In this document: one piece after another, positions 9,366-17,948 of the stretch
Layout of the letters: each line of letters starts with the position of its first letter
Numbering within the stretch: position 1 is the first letter of the stretch
NCBI GenBank assembly: GCA_041556275.1
Contig: JBFFIU010000003.1
Span: 1 to 38,970 of the forward strand
Origin: Anaerolineales bacterium
GTDB taxonomy: Bacteria; Chloroflexota; Anaerolineae; Anaerolineales; UBA4823
Direction of reading: 5' to 3'
Length of the DNA stretch: 38,970 nucleotides
The notes under the pieces: generated by a model
Seen by the model: the letters and a program-made list of their open reading frames with translations, nothing else
Databases searched by the model: none
Told to the model about the DNA's origin: nothing
Made by a program: the position numbers and the translations under genes

Positions 9366-9379
9366 ACTCGTGTTATTAT
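9351..9379 (+). promoter_or_regulatory. Sigma-70-type promoter for the small protein/EamA operon
   Basis: TTGACA (9351-9356), 17 nt, TATTAT (9374-9379). Confidence 0.75.
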
Positions 9380-9409
9380 CTAACCGGTGTAAATATTATA
9401 GTAGGTTAG
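9380..9409. promoter_or_regulatory. Palindromic operator 2 (CTAACC-N18-GGTTAG)
   Basis: CTAACC (9380-9385) and GGTTAG (9404-9409); same 18-nt spacing as operator 1; covers the predicted +1. Confidence 0.7.
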
Positions 9410-9440
9410 GTTGTCGTTGTCAAGCAACAGGAGGATGCAG

Positions 9441-9701
9441 GTGATTATCCACGAAAATCTGATTTATCTCCGACATGAGCAGATGCTAGCAGAAGCAGAG
9501 CGAATTCACTTGGCTGCTCGAGCAGATCGGCGCCCAATACGAATTAATCAATTCTATGGTCCAATACTTAATCGACTGGGTAGCCTTTTATCCAGATGGG
9601 GCGGTAACCTCCAAGATCGCTTTGGTGACCCGGATATTGTCAATCCGTCTCAGTCGATGGATAGGGGAATCCATGTATTATCCGATTGTTACTTTAGTTG
9701 A
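9441..9701 (+). CDS. Small hypothetical protein (~86 aa)
   Basis: AGGAGG (9429-9434) 6 nt before GTG 9441; RHEQMLAEAERIHLA...LGSLLSRWGGNLQDRFG; lies directly upstream of EamA. Confidence 0.65.
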   Translation: MIIHENLIYLRHEQMLAEAERIHLAARADRRPIRINQFYGPILNRLGSLLSRWGGNLQDRFGDPDIVNPSQSMDRGIHVLSDCYFS

Positions 9702-9724
9702 GCTATTTGCAGAAAGGATCCGAA

Positions 9725-10642
9725 ATGTATAACGCTTTTCTTTATTTGGTCACCGTACTCATCTGGGGCTCAACCTGGTTGGCCATAAAGTTCCAGCTGG
9801 GGGTTGTCGCTCCTGAGCTTTCGATAGCTTATCGTTTTGGATTGGCGGCCTCCATATTGCTCATCTTTAGTGTGCTGCGCCGATTACCTCTACGATTTGA
9901 TCTGAAATCCCACGGATACTTCGCCCTGCAAGGACTCTTATTGTTTTCATTAAACTACATCTTGGTTTACCTGGCGGAAGGTTACCTCACCAGTGGTCTA
10001 GTAGCCATTATCTTCTCGCTGATCATCATCATGAACATCATCTTTGGCGCAATCTTGCTCGGTAATCCCATCAGGTTGCGTGTAGTAGTCGGTGGTCTGA
10101 TCGGATTACTTGGCTTAACGCTCGTATTTTGGCCCGAACTCATATCTTTTGATCTCTCCAGCGGGAGAGCGTTAGGAATCTTGTTGGCGGTAATCGCGAC
10201 AGTGTCAGCTTCACTGGGTAATGTTGTTTCAGCCCGAAATCAACGCAATAAACTACCTGTCATCCAGACCAACGCCTACGGCATGCTTTACGGTGCGATT
10301 TTTATGTTCGTCTTGGCTTTATTTAGAGGCGCACAGCTACAAATTGATCTGAGCCCGGATTATGTTTTATCCTTGCTGTACCTGGCCATCTTCGGTTCGG
10401 TGATCGCTTTCGGCAGCTACCTGACATTGTTGGGTCGCATCGGGCTTGACCGGGCAGCATATGTCACCGTTCTCTTTCCCATTATTGCTCTTCTGCTTTC
10501 AACATTGTTTGAGGATCTGGCATGGGGTATCCCCCAGCTATTTGGTGTTTTGCTGGTATTGCTGGGTAATGCAATGGTGTTGAATAAATCTACCAGGCTT
10601 AAATTGCCGGAGAAGGCTAAACAGGAATCGCCTCTAAGTTAA
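9725..10642 (+). CDS. EamA/DMT family transporter
   Basis: LIWGSTWLAIK, YLAIFGSVIAFGSYLTL, about 10 TM segments; AAAGGA SD before ATG 9725. Confidence 0.93.
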   Translation: MYNAFLYLVTVLIWGSTWLAIKFQLGVVAPELSIAYRFGLAASILLIFSVLRRLPLRFDLKSHGYFALQGLLLFSLNYILVYLAEGYLTSGLVAIIFSLIIIMNIIFGAILLGNPIRLRVVVGGLIGLLGLTLVFWPELISFDLSSGRALGILLAVIATVSASLGNVVSARNQRNKLPVIQTNAYGMLYGAIFMFVLALFRGAQLQIDLSPDYVLSLLYLAIFGSVIAFGSYLTLLGRIGLDRAAYVTVLFPIIALLLSTLFEDLAWGIPQLFGVLLVLLGNAMVLNKSTRLKLPEKAKQESPLS

Positions 10643-10686
10643 TACTTCTCTGAGTATAGATCCACAATTAGACGTAAATTAATCAG

Positions 10687-10724
10687 AAAAGCTACTCGTT
10701 TGAGTGAATACCGAGTAGCTTTTT
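10687..10724. terminator. Bidirectional intrinsic terminator
   Basis: AAAAGCTACTCG/CGAGTAGCTTTT inverted repeat between the convergent EamA and DUF1684 genes. Confidence 0.85.
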
Positions 10725-10748
10725 ATCAATCACAATCATGCTTTGTGT

Positions 10749-11288
10749 TTATTCAGGATGAAAAGCTTCCAATTTTGCCCATTCTCCGGTCGGAAGCTTC
10801 TCGCCAGCCTTAATAGGCACTTTGAGACGATTTTCCCAGGGGGTTAACGGGCAGGAATATAGATCGTTGTATGCGCAGTATGGGTTATAAGCGTGATTGA
10901 AATCTACCAGCACTTTTCCGCCCAAGAGCGCTTGTGGCTCTAAATAACGACCAGCGCCGTAGGTTTCTTTGCCCGCTAAAGAGTCAACAAATGGGAGGAA
11001 ATATCCATGCGGGTCTTTGTAAAGGGTCAGCTCTACCTCCTGGTTGTCAACCTTGAAATGGATCTTTCCAAAACGAGTGTGATTCTGCACATCTCCCGTT
11101 GAGGTCTGCATCTGGATGACCTCTTTCTCCGCAAATTCTTCGACTTCTAATTCCAGTCTCAAGTCCGGATTCTCAGGGAAATATTCCAAACGATCAAATT
11201 GCCTCTTTTGTGCTGGAGTTAACGGGCTGTGATGATCGTGAGCGATAAATTCATCCTTGGATTTTCTGAATTGGGTCAATTCACTCAT
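10749..11288 (-). CDS. DUF1684 family protein
   Basis: ETYGAGRYL, VDFNHAYNPYCAYN..SCPL..ENRL...IKAGEK; AAGGAG SD. Confidence 0.92.
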   Translation of the reverse strand: MSELTQFRKSKDEFIAHDHHSPLTPAQKRQFDRLEYFPENPDLRLELEVEEFAEKEVIQMQTSTGDVQNHTRFGKIHFKVDNQEVELTLYKDPHGYFLPFVDSLAGKETYGAGRYLEPQALLGGKVLVDFNHAYNPYCAYNDLYSCPLTPWENRLKVPIKAGEKLPTGEWAKLEAFHPE

Positions 11289-11500
11289 GTTTCTCTCCTT
11301 AAATAATATGTTGACAAATCGCGGGTAAACAAGCCAATGCTTAAGCTAATTTCACTCGTGAGATCTCTATAATGGACGAACATAACTGCCAAAATCTTAC
11401 GCACAAATAACGAGTATAAAAGAGAGTGCTGCGAATTCCAACCAAAATTATAGACTATTTCAGTCTATTTTGCCAGTTATTACTTTTTTGTCATGAAAGC

Positions 11501-11529
11501 TTGACATTTGATCGAAAAATTGGTATTCT
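11501..11529 (+). promoter_or_regulatory. Sigma-70 promoter of the rbs operon
   Basis: TTGACA (11501-11506), 17 nt, extended TGg then TATTCT (11524-11529). Confidence 0.75.
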
Positions 11530-11538
11530 AAGCAAGCG

Positions 11539-11568
11539 TGCGCAATCGTTTGCGCAATCGTTTGCAAG
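11539..11568. promoter_or_regulatory. Two overlapping LacI-family (RbsR) operators
   Basis: TGCGCAATCGTT repeated with a 12-nt period, giving two CG-centred palindromes GCAATCGTTTGC just downstream of the -10 element. Confidence 0.8.
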
Positions 11569-11590
11569 CAACATCACGCGGAGGTGCAGC

Positions 11591-12616
11591 ATCGTCACCA
11601 TGCGCGATGTGGCAGAAAGGGCTGGTGTTTCTGTCACCACTGTCTCGCACGTTATCAACAACACTCGCAATGTTAGTCCCTCAACTCGCCAGAGAGTCGA
11701 GGAAGCTATGCACAAATTGGGATACCAGCCCAATGTGTTAGCACGCAGTTTGCGCAAGGGGGAAACTCATACGATCGGTATTATTCTTCCTGACAGCACG
11801 AATCCATATTTCGCCGAAGTTGTACGCGGCATTGAAGATTCTAGCTTTTTTCAAGGATATAGCGTCATACTCTGTAATTCAGATAATGATTTGGAGAAAG
11901 AGCGTCTTTATACCAATGTTTTGCTTGAAAAACAAGTCGATGGCATTATTATGGTGGCTGCAGGTTCAAGTGGTGAAATTGTTCATTATTTACAAGATCG
12001 GGATGTGCCCCTGGTACTGGTTGATCGTCGCTTGGCAAACATTGAAGCGGACTATGTCCTCGCTAATAACTTACAGGGAGGTATTCTCGCCACCAATCAT
12101 CTGATCGATCTTGGGCATCGAGCCATCGCTTGCATCGCTGGACCCGTCGATGTCGAGCTAAGCCGTGAACGTGTCGCCGGATATCACCAGGCTCTAGAAA
12201 CAGCGGGCATCAACATATATGAAAGATGGATTGTGGAAGGAGATTTCCAATACCAGAGTGGTTACAATGCTGCCCGAGAATTGTTTGAAGGTGAACCACT
12301 ACCCACAGCAATATTTGCATGTAACGATTTGATGGCTATCGGTGCATACCGGTATGCTCATGAGAAAGACTATCAGATTCCAAAACAGCTCTCCATCGTC
12401 GGTTTTGATGATGTGAGCTTGGCTGCCTATACAAATCCACCACTTACCACAGTTAGACAGTTCAAGCATAAGATGGGAGCTTTAGCTGCGAGACTACTTC
12501 TTGAACGCATGAATCAGCGGGATTTAGCACCTCGTCTCGAGGTACTAGACACGGAGTTTGTTGTTCGTGATTCGACAACAAGATCTCCGCAGATGGAAAG
12601 AGAATTGAAGGTATGA
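11591..12616 (+). CDS. rbsR: LacI-family ribose operon repressor
   Basis: HTH TMRDVAERAGVSVTTVSHVIN, hinge LARSL, sugar-binding domain, SIVGFDD; first gene of the rbs operon. Start is either ATC 11591 (best SD spacing) or ATG 11600. Confidence 0.88.
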   Translation: MVTMRDVAERAGVSVTTVSHVINNTRNVSPSTRQRVEEAMHKLGYQPNVLARSLRKGETHTIGIILPDSTNPYFAEVVRGIEDSSFFQGYSVILCNSDNDLEKERLYTNVLLEKQVDGIIMVAAGSSGEIVHYLQDRDVPLVLVDRRLANIEADYVLANNLQGGILATNHLIDLGHRAIACIAGPVDVELSRERVAGYHQALETAGINIYERWIVEGDFQYQSGYNAARELFEGEPLPTAIFACNDLMAIGAYRYAHEKDYQIPKQLSIVGFDDVSLAAYTNPPLTTVRQFKHKMGALAARLLLERMNQRDLAPRLEVLDTEFVVRDSTTRSPQMERELKV

Positions 12617-13560
12617 GCGCCAGAATTGTTGTAGTTGGCAGCCTGAATATGGATCTGGTGATTCGTGCTGCGCATATTCCCAAACCTGGTGAGACAATCC
12701 TGGGGAGTGAATTCCAAATCATACCCGGGGGTAAAGGTGCCAACCAAGCTGTTGCTGCTGCCAGGTTGGGCAGTCAAGTCAGTATGGTGGGACGGGTGGG
12801 CGAAGATTCTTTTGGTGATGAACTTTTACATAATCTTGAGATGGTCGGTGTCGACGGGAAGCACATCCGCCAAGATCCAGATGCAGCCAGCGGTGTTGCC
12901 CTGATCGTCGTTGATGACCAAGGTGAAAATAGCATCGTTGTCGCTTCTGGCTCGAATATGCAGCTTACTGAAGAGGATGTTGAAGCTGCCGAAGGAGTAA
13001 TATCCGGGGCGGAGGTATTGATCATGCAGTTAGAAGTACCTTTGCAAATCGTGAGAAGAGCGGCGCAAATCGCACATGACAATCAAGTTCTTGTGATCCT
13101 CAACCCGGCTCCGGCCATGCCTTTACCTGGCGATCTGTTCGGTATGGTGGATTTGTTAATCCCTAATGAAAGCGAAACAGCTATACTGACCGGGTTACCT
13201 GCTGAAAGTCAGATTGAAATGGAAACGGCTGCTTCATTTCTGTTAGATTTAGGGATAAAGACGGTTGTTATAACACTAGGAAATCGGGGCGCGTTAATGG
13301 CCAATAAAAATGAGGTAAAAATGTTCTCCGCGTATAATGTTCAACCTGTTGATACCACTGCTGCTGGAGATGCCTTTGTTGCCGGTTTGGCAGTCGCCCT
13401 AGGCATGGGGAAGTCTCTTCCTGATGCGATTTGTTGGGGTAATGCCGCTGGAGCTCTGGCAACCTTACGCTTCGGCGCCCAAACATCCTTGCCAACCCAT
13501 CATGAAGTTTCTCGATTGCTCGCTGGAGAGAGTCCAGTGGATATTATCCGGAGAGAGTGA
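12613..13560 (+). CDS. rbsK: Ribokinase
   Basis: VVGSLNMDLV, PGGKGANQAVAAARLG, PNESE, DTTAAGDAF. Confidence 0.96.
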   Translation: MSARIVVVGSLNMDLVIRAAHIPKPGETILGSEFQIIPGGKGANQAVAAARLGSQVSMVGRVGEDSFGDELLHNLEMVGVDGKHIRQDPDAASGVALIVVDDQGENSIVVASGSNMQLTEEDVEAAEGVISGAEVLIMQLEVPLQIVRRAAQIAHDNQVLVILNPAPAMPLPGDLFGMVDLLIPNESETAILTGLPAESQIEMETAASFLLDLGIKTVVITLGNRGALMANKNEVKMFSAYNVQPVDTTAAGDAFVAGLAVALGMGKSLPDAICWGNAAGALATLRFGAQTSLPTHHEVSRLLAGESPVDIIRRE

Positions 13561-13955
13561 TGAAAAAGATCGGCACCCTCAACCAACCGCTGTCAAGTGT
13601 AATATCTGGTCTCGGTCATCTGGATACAATCGTTGTCGCCGATGCAGGCTTACCGATTCCCGCTGAAACCCAACGGATCGATTTGGCTTTAACAAAAGAT
13701 GTTCCCGGTTTCATTGAGACTGTTGGGGTGATTTTGGAAGAAGTACAAGTTGAGCGGGCAATCGTGGCTGAAGAATTGCTCACAAAAAGCCCCCAGGTTT
13801 ATCAACAATTGCAGGAACTTATAATGGAAATCCCAATTGACACAATTCCACACATCGAATTCAAGCAACGTACTGGCTCAGCATGTGCGGTCGTGCGTAC
13901 TGGCGAGTTCACACCATACGCCAATGTCATCCTGGTATCCGGTGTGGTATTTTAA
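13560..13955 (+). CDS. rbsD: D-ribose pyranase
   Basis: GHLDTIVVADAGLPIP, RIDLAL, HIEFK, RTGEFTPYANVIL. Confidence 0.96.
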   Translation: MKKIGTLNQPLSSVISGLGHLDTIVVADAGLPIPAETQRIDLALTKDVPGFIETVGVILEEVQVERAIVAEELLTKSPQVYQQLQELIMEIPIDTIPHIEFKQRTGSACAVVRTGEFTPYANVILVSGVVF

Positions 13956-13973
13956 TTTCTGGAGCACCCCTGC

Positions 13974-14906
13974 GTGACTACAACCAGCTTACGAGAATTC
14001 CTACAGCGCTATGGATTGGCAATCTCTTTCCTGATCCTGTGCATCGTACTCAGCTTGCTTTCCGATCGTTTTCTGACCATTGGGAATCTAACAAATGTCT
14101 TGCGCCAGTCCACCATTAACCTGATCATCGCAATCGGCATGACCTATGTGATCCTGACCGCGGGAATCGACCTATCCGTCGGGGCGGTATTGGCGCTTTC
14201 AACCGTGGTAACCGCGGATCTGCTTCAGCGTGGCGTACCAGTAATACCAACTGTCCTGATTGGTCTGCTGTTGGGAGGCGTTCTGGGATTATCGAATGGG
14301 CTGCTGATTTCCAGAATTAAAGTTCCGCCATTTGTGGCTACATTGGGAATGATGACGGTGGCGCGCGGACTTGCACTAACCTATACTCAGGGGCGGCCGA
14401 TCACTGGATTACCTGATCTTTTCCGTTCCATTGGCACAGGTTACTTAGGTCCAATTCCTATGCCGATCATCATCGCCGGAATCACCTTCCTGGGAGGCTA
14501 TATATTACTCACGCGGACCCGTATGGGTGTCTACATCTACGCATTAGGCAACAATCCTGTGGCGGCCCATTACACCGGCATCGCAACGAGCAACTATCTC
14601 ACTTTTGTGTACGTCTTGGCCGGGTCCTTGGCTGCATTGGCAGGCATGATCCTGGTTGCCAGATTGGATTCAGCTCAACCGACGGCGGGTATCAGTTTCG
14701 AGTTTGATGCTATTGCCGCGGTTGTTGTTGGCGGCACCAGCTTCGCGGGAGGAGAAGGGAGTCTGATCGGAACCTTGTTAGGTGTATTGGTTATTTCGGT
14801 ACTCAACAACGGGCTGAATTTACTAAATGTCTCATCATTCTATCAGCCGGTGGTTACCGGTGTGGTCATTGCCTTGGCTTTGTTGCTCTATAAAGCCATA
14901 CGTTGA
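13974..14906 (+). CDS. rbsC: Ribose ABC transporter permease
   Basis: GMTYVILTAGIDLSVG, PPFVATLG, EFDAIAAVVVGGTSFAGGEG. Confidence 0.92.
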   Translation: MTTTSLREFLQRYGLAISFLILCIVLSLLSDRFLTIGNLTNVLRQSTINLIIAIGMTYVILTAGIDLSVGAVLALSTVVTADLLQRGVPVIPTVLIGLLLGGVLGLSNGLLISRIKVPPFVATLGMMTVARGLALTYTQGRPITGLPDLFRSIGTGYLGPIPMPIIIAGITFLGGYILLTRTRMGVYIYALGNNPVAAHYTGIATSNYLTFVYVLAGSLAALAGMILVARLDSAQPTAGISFEFDAIAAVVVGGTSFAGGEGSLIGTLLGVLVISVLNNGLNLLNVSSFYQPVVTGVVIALALLLYKAIR

Positions 14907-15007
14907 GCGATGGGGAAGGAATTCTTTCAACCTTGATTGAAGGTGAATGGATTTGAAATGATGTGAAAACGGATAATGGAACCTATCTTATTAACCAGAT
15001 CGAATTC

Positions 15008-15030
15008 TGGAAGGAGGTAACAATAGAAAA
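15008..15030 (+). promoter_or_regulatory. Orphan extended SD element (STAB-SD-like) in the rbsB 5' region
   Basis: TGGAAGGAGGTAA...TAGAAAA with no canonical start codon at SD distance; the identical 13-mer occurs at 23977-23989 on the minus strand. Confidence 0.5.
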
Positions 15031-15093
15031 AAGACTGGTCTAAGATGCAAGTAGCGAATTACAAATATCCATAATTAATCAGGAGGAGTAATA

Positions 15094-17877
15094 ATGTATC
15101 AAGATGAACAAGTAAGTCCAGAAGAACAGGTTCCTATGGAGACAGCTCCAGAACCTGCACCCCCTGAAGGGACAGAGCCCCCAGTAGAAACGCCTCCGGA
15201 AGAGACACCTCCCGAGGAAGGTGGCAGCCGGACCTGGATGTGGATTGCATTAGCAGTGATTGCTGTCTTGATCGTCATCCTTGGTTACCTGGCATTGCGA
15301 CCGCAGGGTGAACCAAGCTACAAAATCGGTTTATCGCTGTCCACCCTGAACAATCCATTCTTTGTCACACTGCGTGATGGTGCGCAGGCAGCTGCTGATC
15401 AGGCTGGCGTTGAATTAGTGGTTGTGGATGCACAGGATGACCCTGCTAGGGAAGCAACCAACATGGAAGATCTTATCCAGCAAGGTGTGGATGCTATCCT
15501 AGTCAATCCGACAGATGCCGATGCGGTTGTGCCCTCGATACAGAAGGCAAACGAAGCTGGCATCCCCGTATTCACCATTGATCGAGCTGCTAGTGGAGGG
15601 ACGATCGTCTCCCATATCGCTTCGGATAACGTTGCCGGTGGTGGTGTCGCTGGTGAGTTCTTGTGCGAAGCCCTCGGCGGCCAGGGTAAAGTTGTCGAGC
15701 TGGAAGGCATACCTGGATCTTCAGCTGCGCGTGATAGGGGACAGGGATTCAATACCTACGTGAGCAGCCAATGTTCAGGCTTAGAAATTGTTGCCCGCCA
15801 GACGGCTAACTTCGACCGGGCAGAAGGTTTAAGCGTTTTTGAGGACATCCTGCAGGCCCAGCCAGAGATAGACGGGACATTTGCTCACAACGACGAGATG
15901 ATCTTGGGTGCGATCCAAGCTGCTGAGGCGGCTGGTCGTGCAGCTGAAATCACCTTTGTCGGGTTTGATGCTACTGATGATGCAGTGGCTGCCGTCAGTG
16001 CCGGAAGGTTAGCGGCGACAATCGCACAACAGCCGGCTGAGATGGGGCGGCTAGGTGTCGAAGAAGCCGTGAAATATCTCAACGAAGAGAGTGTTGAGCA
16101 GTACATCCCGGTGGAACTATCACTGGTTGCCGGCGATGTGCAACCTGAAGAGACAGAAGCCCCTCCAGAACCGACAGAGGTGACATTGGGGCTCTCTCTT
16201 TCGACGCTGAACAATCCGTTCTTTGTCACTCTGCGCGATGGTGCCCAGGCAGCTGCTGACGCGGCCGGTGCAAATCTAACGGTCGTTGATGCTCAGGATG
16301 ATCCGGCCAGGGAAGCCACCAACATAGAAGACCTGATCCAGCAGGGAGTGAGCGCTTTATTGATCAACCCGACAGATGCCGATGCGGTAGTGCCTTCAGT
16401 GCAGAAGGCAAACGAAGCTGGTATTCCAGTTTTCACCATCGACAGGGCAGCCAGCGGCGGTGTCATCGTGTCCCACATTGCCTCTGATAACGTCGCCGGG
16501 GGCGCCGTGGCAGGTAAATTCCTTTGCGATGCGCTGGGCGGTCAGGGTAAAGTTGTCGAGTTGGAGGGCATCGCTGGATCATCAGCTGCGCGCGATCGAG
16601 GCCAGGGCTTCAATACGTACATGAGCAACGAGTGCTCTGGCGTTGAAATCGTCGCCCGTCAGACTGCTAACTTCGACCGGGCAGAGGGTTTGAGCGTTTA
16701 TGAGGACATCCTGCAAGCCCAACCGGTGGTCAACGGAACATTCGCCCACAATGATGAAATGGTACTTGGTGCCATCCAGGCCGCAGAGGCGGCTGGACGA
16801 TCAGCAGAGATCATATTTGTTGGATTCGATGCCACTGATGACGCGGTAAATGCCGTGAATGAGGGCAAACTGGCAGCAACCGTCGCGCAGCAGCCAGCTC
16901 TAATGGGGCAGCTGGGAGTGGAAGTTGCCATGCGTTCACTTGGCGGGGAGCAAGTGGATTCTTATATCCCAGTTGATCTATCTTTGGTCTCAGGTACAAT
17001 TCCCGAGGCTCCAGAGCCGACCGAACCGCCACCTCCAGAGGCAGCATTCACCTTGGGTCTTTCACTTTCCACGCTGAACAATCCCTTCTTCGTCACCCTG
17101 CGTGATGGCGCTCAAGCAGCTGCCAATGAGGCTGGTGTCGAACTGGTGGTGGTGGATGCCCAGGATGATCCGGCCCAGGAAGCGACAAACATCGAGGATC
17201 TCATCTCGCGCGGTGTGTCTGCTTTGTTGATCAATCCTACTGACGCAGACGCCATCATCCCTTCGGTGCAGAAAGCCAATGATGCTGGCATCCCCGTCTT
17301 TACTGTTGATCGGGCAGCCAACGGTGGAACCATTGTCTCCCACATCGCCTCGGATAATGTAGCGGGTGGCGCAATGGCAGGTATGTTCCTTTGCGAAGCG
17401 CTGCAAGAAGCTGGCAAGGTGGTCGAGTTGGAAGGCATCGCTGGGTCATCTGCAGCTCGCGACCGTGGTCAAGGCTTCAATGACTACATGAGCGATGAGT
17501 GCTCTGGGGTGGAGATCGTCGCTAAACAGACCGCGAACTTCGACCGGGCGGAGGGGTTGACCGTATTTGAAGATGTCCTACAGGCGCAGCCGGAAATCGA
17601 CGGCACCTTTGCCCATAATGACGAGATGATCCTGGGCGCTATCCAGGCTGCGGAAGCAGCAGGGCGCGCTGAAGCGATCATCTTTGTCGGTTTCGATGCA
17701 ACAGATGACGCCGTCCAGGCAGTTAGAGATGGGAAATTAGCAGCTACTATCGCTCAACAACCAGCACTAATGGGAGAGTTGGGTGTTGAGTTTGCTGTGA
17801 GACATTTGAACGGTGAACAGGTGGAGGTTTACATCCCAGTAGATCTTTCCTTGGTTACTACTGAAACTGTTCAATAA
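15094..17877 (+). CDS. rbsB: Membrane-anchored ribose-binding protein with three tandem RbsB domains
   Basis: Acidic/Pro N-tail, TM WMWIALAVIAVLIVILGYLAL, then three repeats each with LSLSTLNNPFF, [IV]DR, ARDRG, NFDR, HNDEM, GFDA and AQQP. Confidence 0.92.
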   Translation: MYQDEQVSPEEQVPMETAPEPAPPEGTEPPVETPPEETPPEEGGSRTWMWIALAVIAVLIVILGYLALRPQGEPSYKIGLSLSTLNNPFFVTLRDGAQAAADQAGVELVVVDAQDDPAREATNMEDLIQQGVDAILVNPTDADAVVPSIQKANEAGIPVFTIDRAASGGTIVSHIASDNVAGGGVAGEFLCEALGGQGKVVELEGIPGSSAARDRGQGFNTYVSSQCSGLEIVARQTANFDRAEGLSVFEDILQAQPEIDGTFAHNDEMILGAIQAAEAAGRAAEITFVGFDATDDAVAAVSAGRLAATIAQQPAEMGRLGVEEAVKYLNEESVEQYIPVELSLVAGDVQPEETEAPPEPTEVTLGLSLSTLNNPFFVTLRDGAQAAADAAGANLTVVDAQDDPAREATNIEDLIQQGVSALLINPTDADAVVPSVQKANEAGIPVFTIDRAASGGVIVSHIASDNVAGGAVAGKFLCDALGGQGKVVELEGIAGSSAARDRGQGFNTYMSNECSGVEIVARQTANFDRAEGLSVYEDILQAQPVVNGTFAHNDEMVLGAIQAAEAAGRSAEIIFVGFDATDDAVNAVNEGKLAATVAQQPALMGQLGVEVAMRSLGGEQVDSYIPVDLSLVSGTIPEAPEPTEPPPPEAAFTLGLSLSTLNNPFFVTLRDGAQAAANEAGVELVVVDAQDDPAQEATNIEDLISRGVSALLINPTDADAIIPSVQKANDAGIPVFTVDRAANGGTIVSHIASDNVAGGAMAGMFLCEALQEAGKVVELEGIAGSSAARDRGQGFNDYMSDECSGVEIVAKQTANFDRAEGLTVFEDVLQAQPEIDGTFAHNDEMILGAIQAAEAAGRAEAIIFVGFDATDDAVQAVRDGKLAATIAQQPALMGELGVEFAVRHLNGEQVEVYIPVDLSLVTTETVQ
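15319..17859 (+). repeat. Three diverged intragenic direct repeats (~861-867 nt period)
   Basis: CTGAACAATCC at 15346, 16207 and 17074; the protein repeats are separated by Pro/Glu linkers. Confidence 0.9.
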
Positions 17878-17887
17878 TCACATTCAC

Positions 17888-17930
17888 TGGATATCAGGTG
17901 GGAGTATTCCTGCCTGATATCCAATTTTTT
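17888..17930 (+). terminator. Intra-operon hairpin/partial terminator after rbsB
   Basis: TGGATATCAGGTGGGA/TCCTGCCTGATATCCA 16-bp stem (with G-U pairs) followed by ATTTTTT. Confidence 0.8.
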
Positions 17931-17948
17931 GATTTGATTGTGGAATTA

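Noticed and set aside
11426-11590. N-terminal extension of rbsR in the ORF track
   Set aside because: Runs through the promoter and operators, so it is not coding.
15319-17859. CRISPR array or assembly-collapse explanation for the repeats
   Set aside because: The repeats are ~860 nt, in frame, and diverged mostly at synonymous sites.
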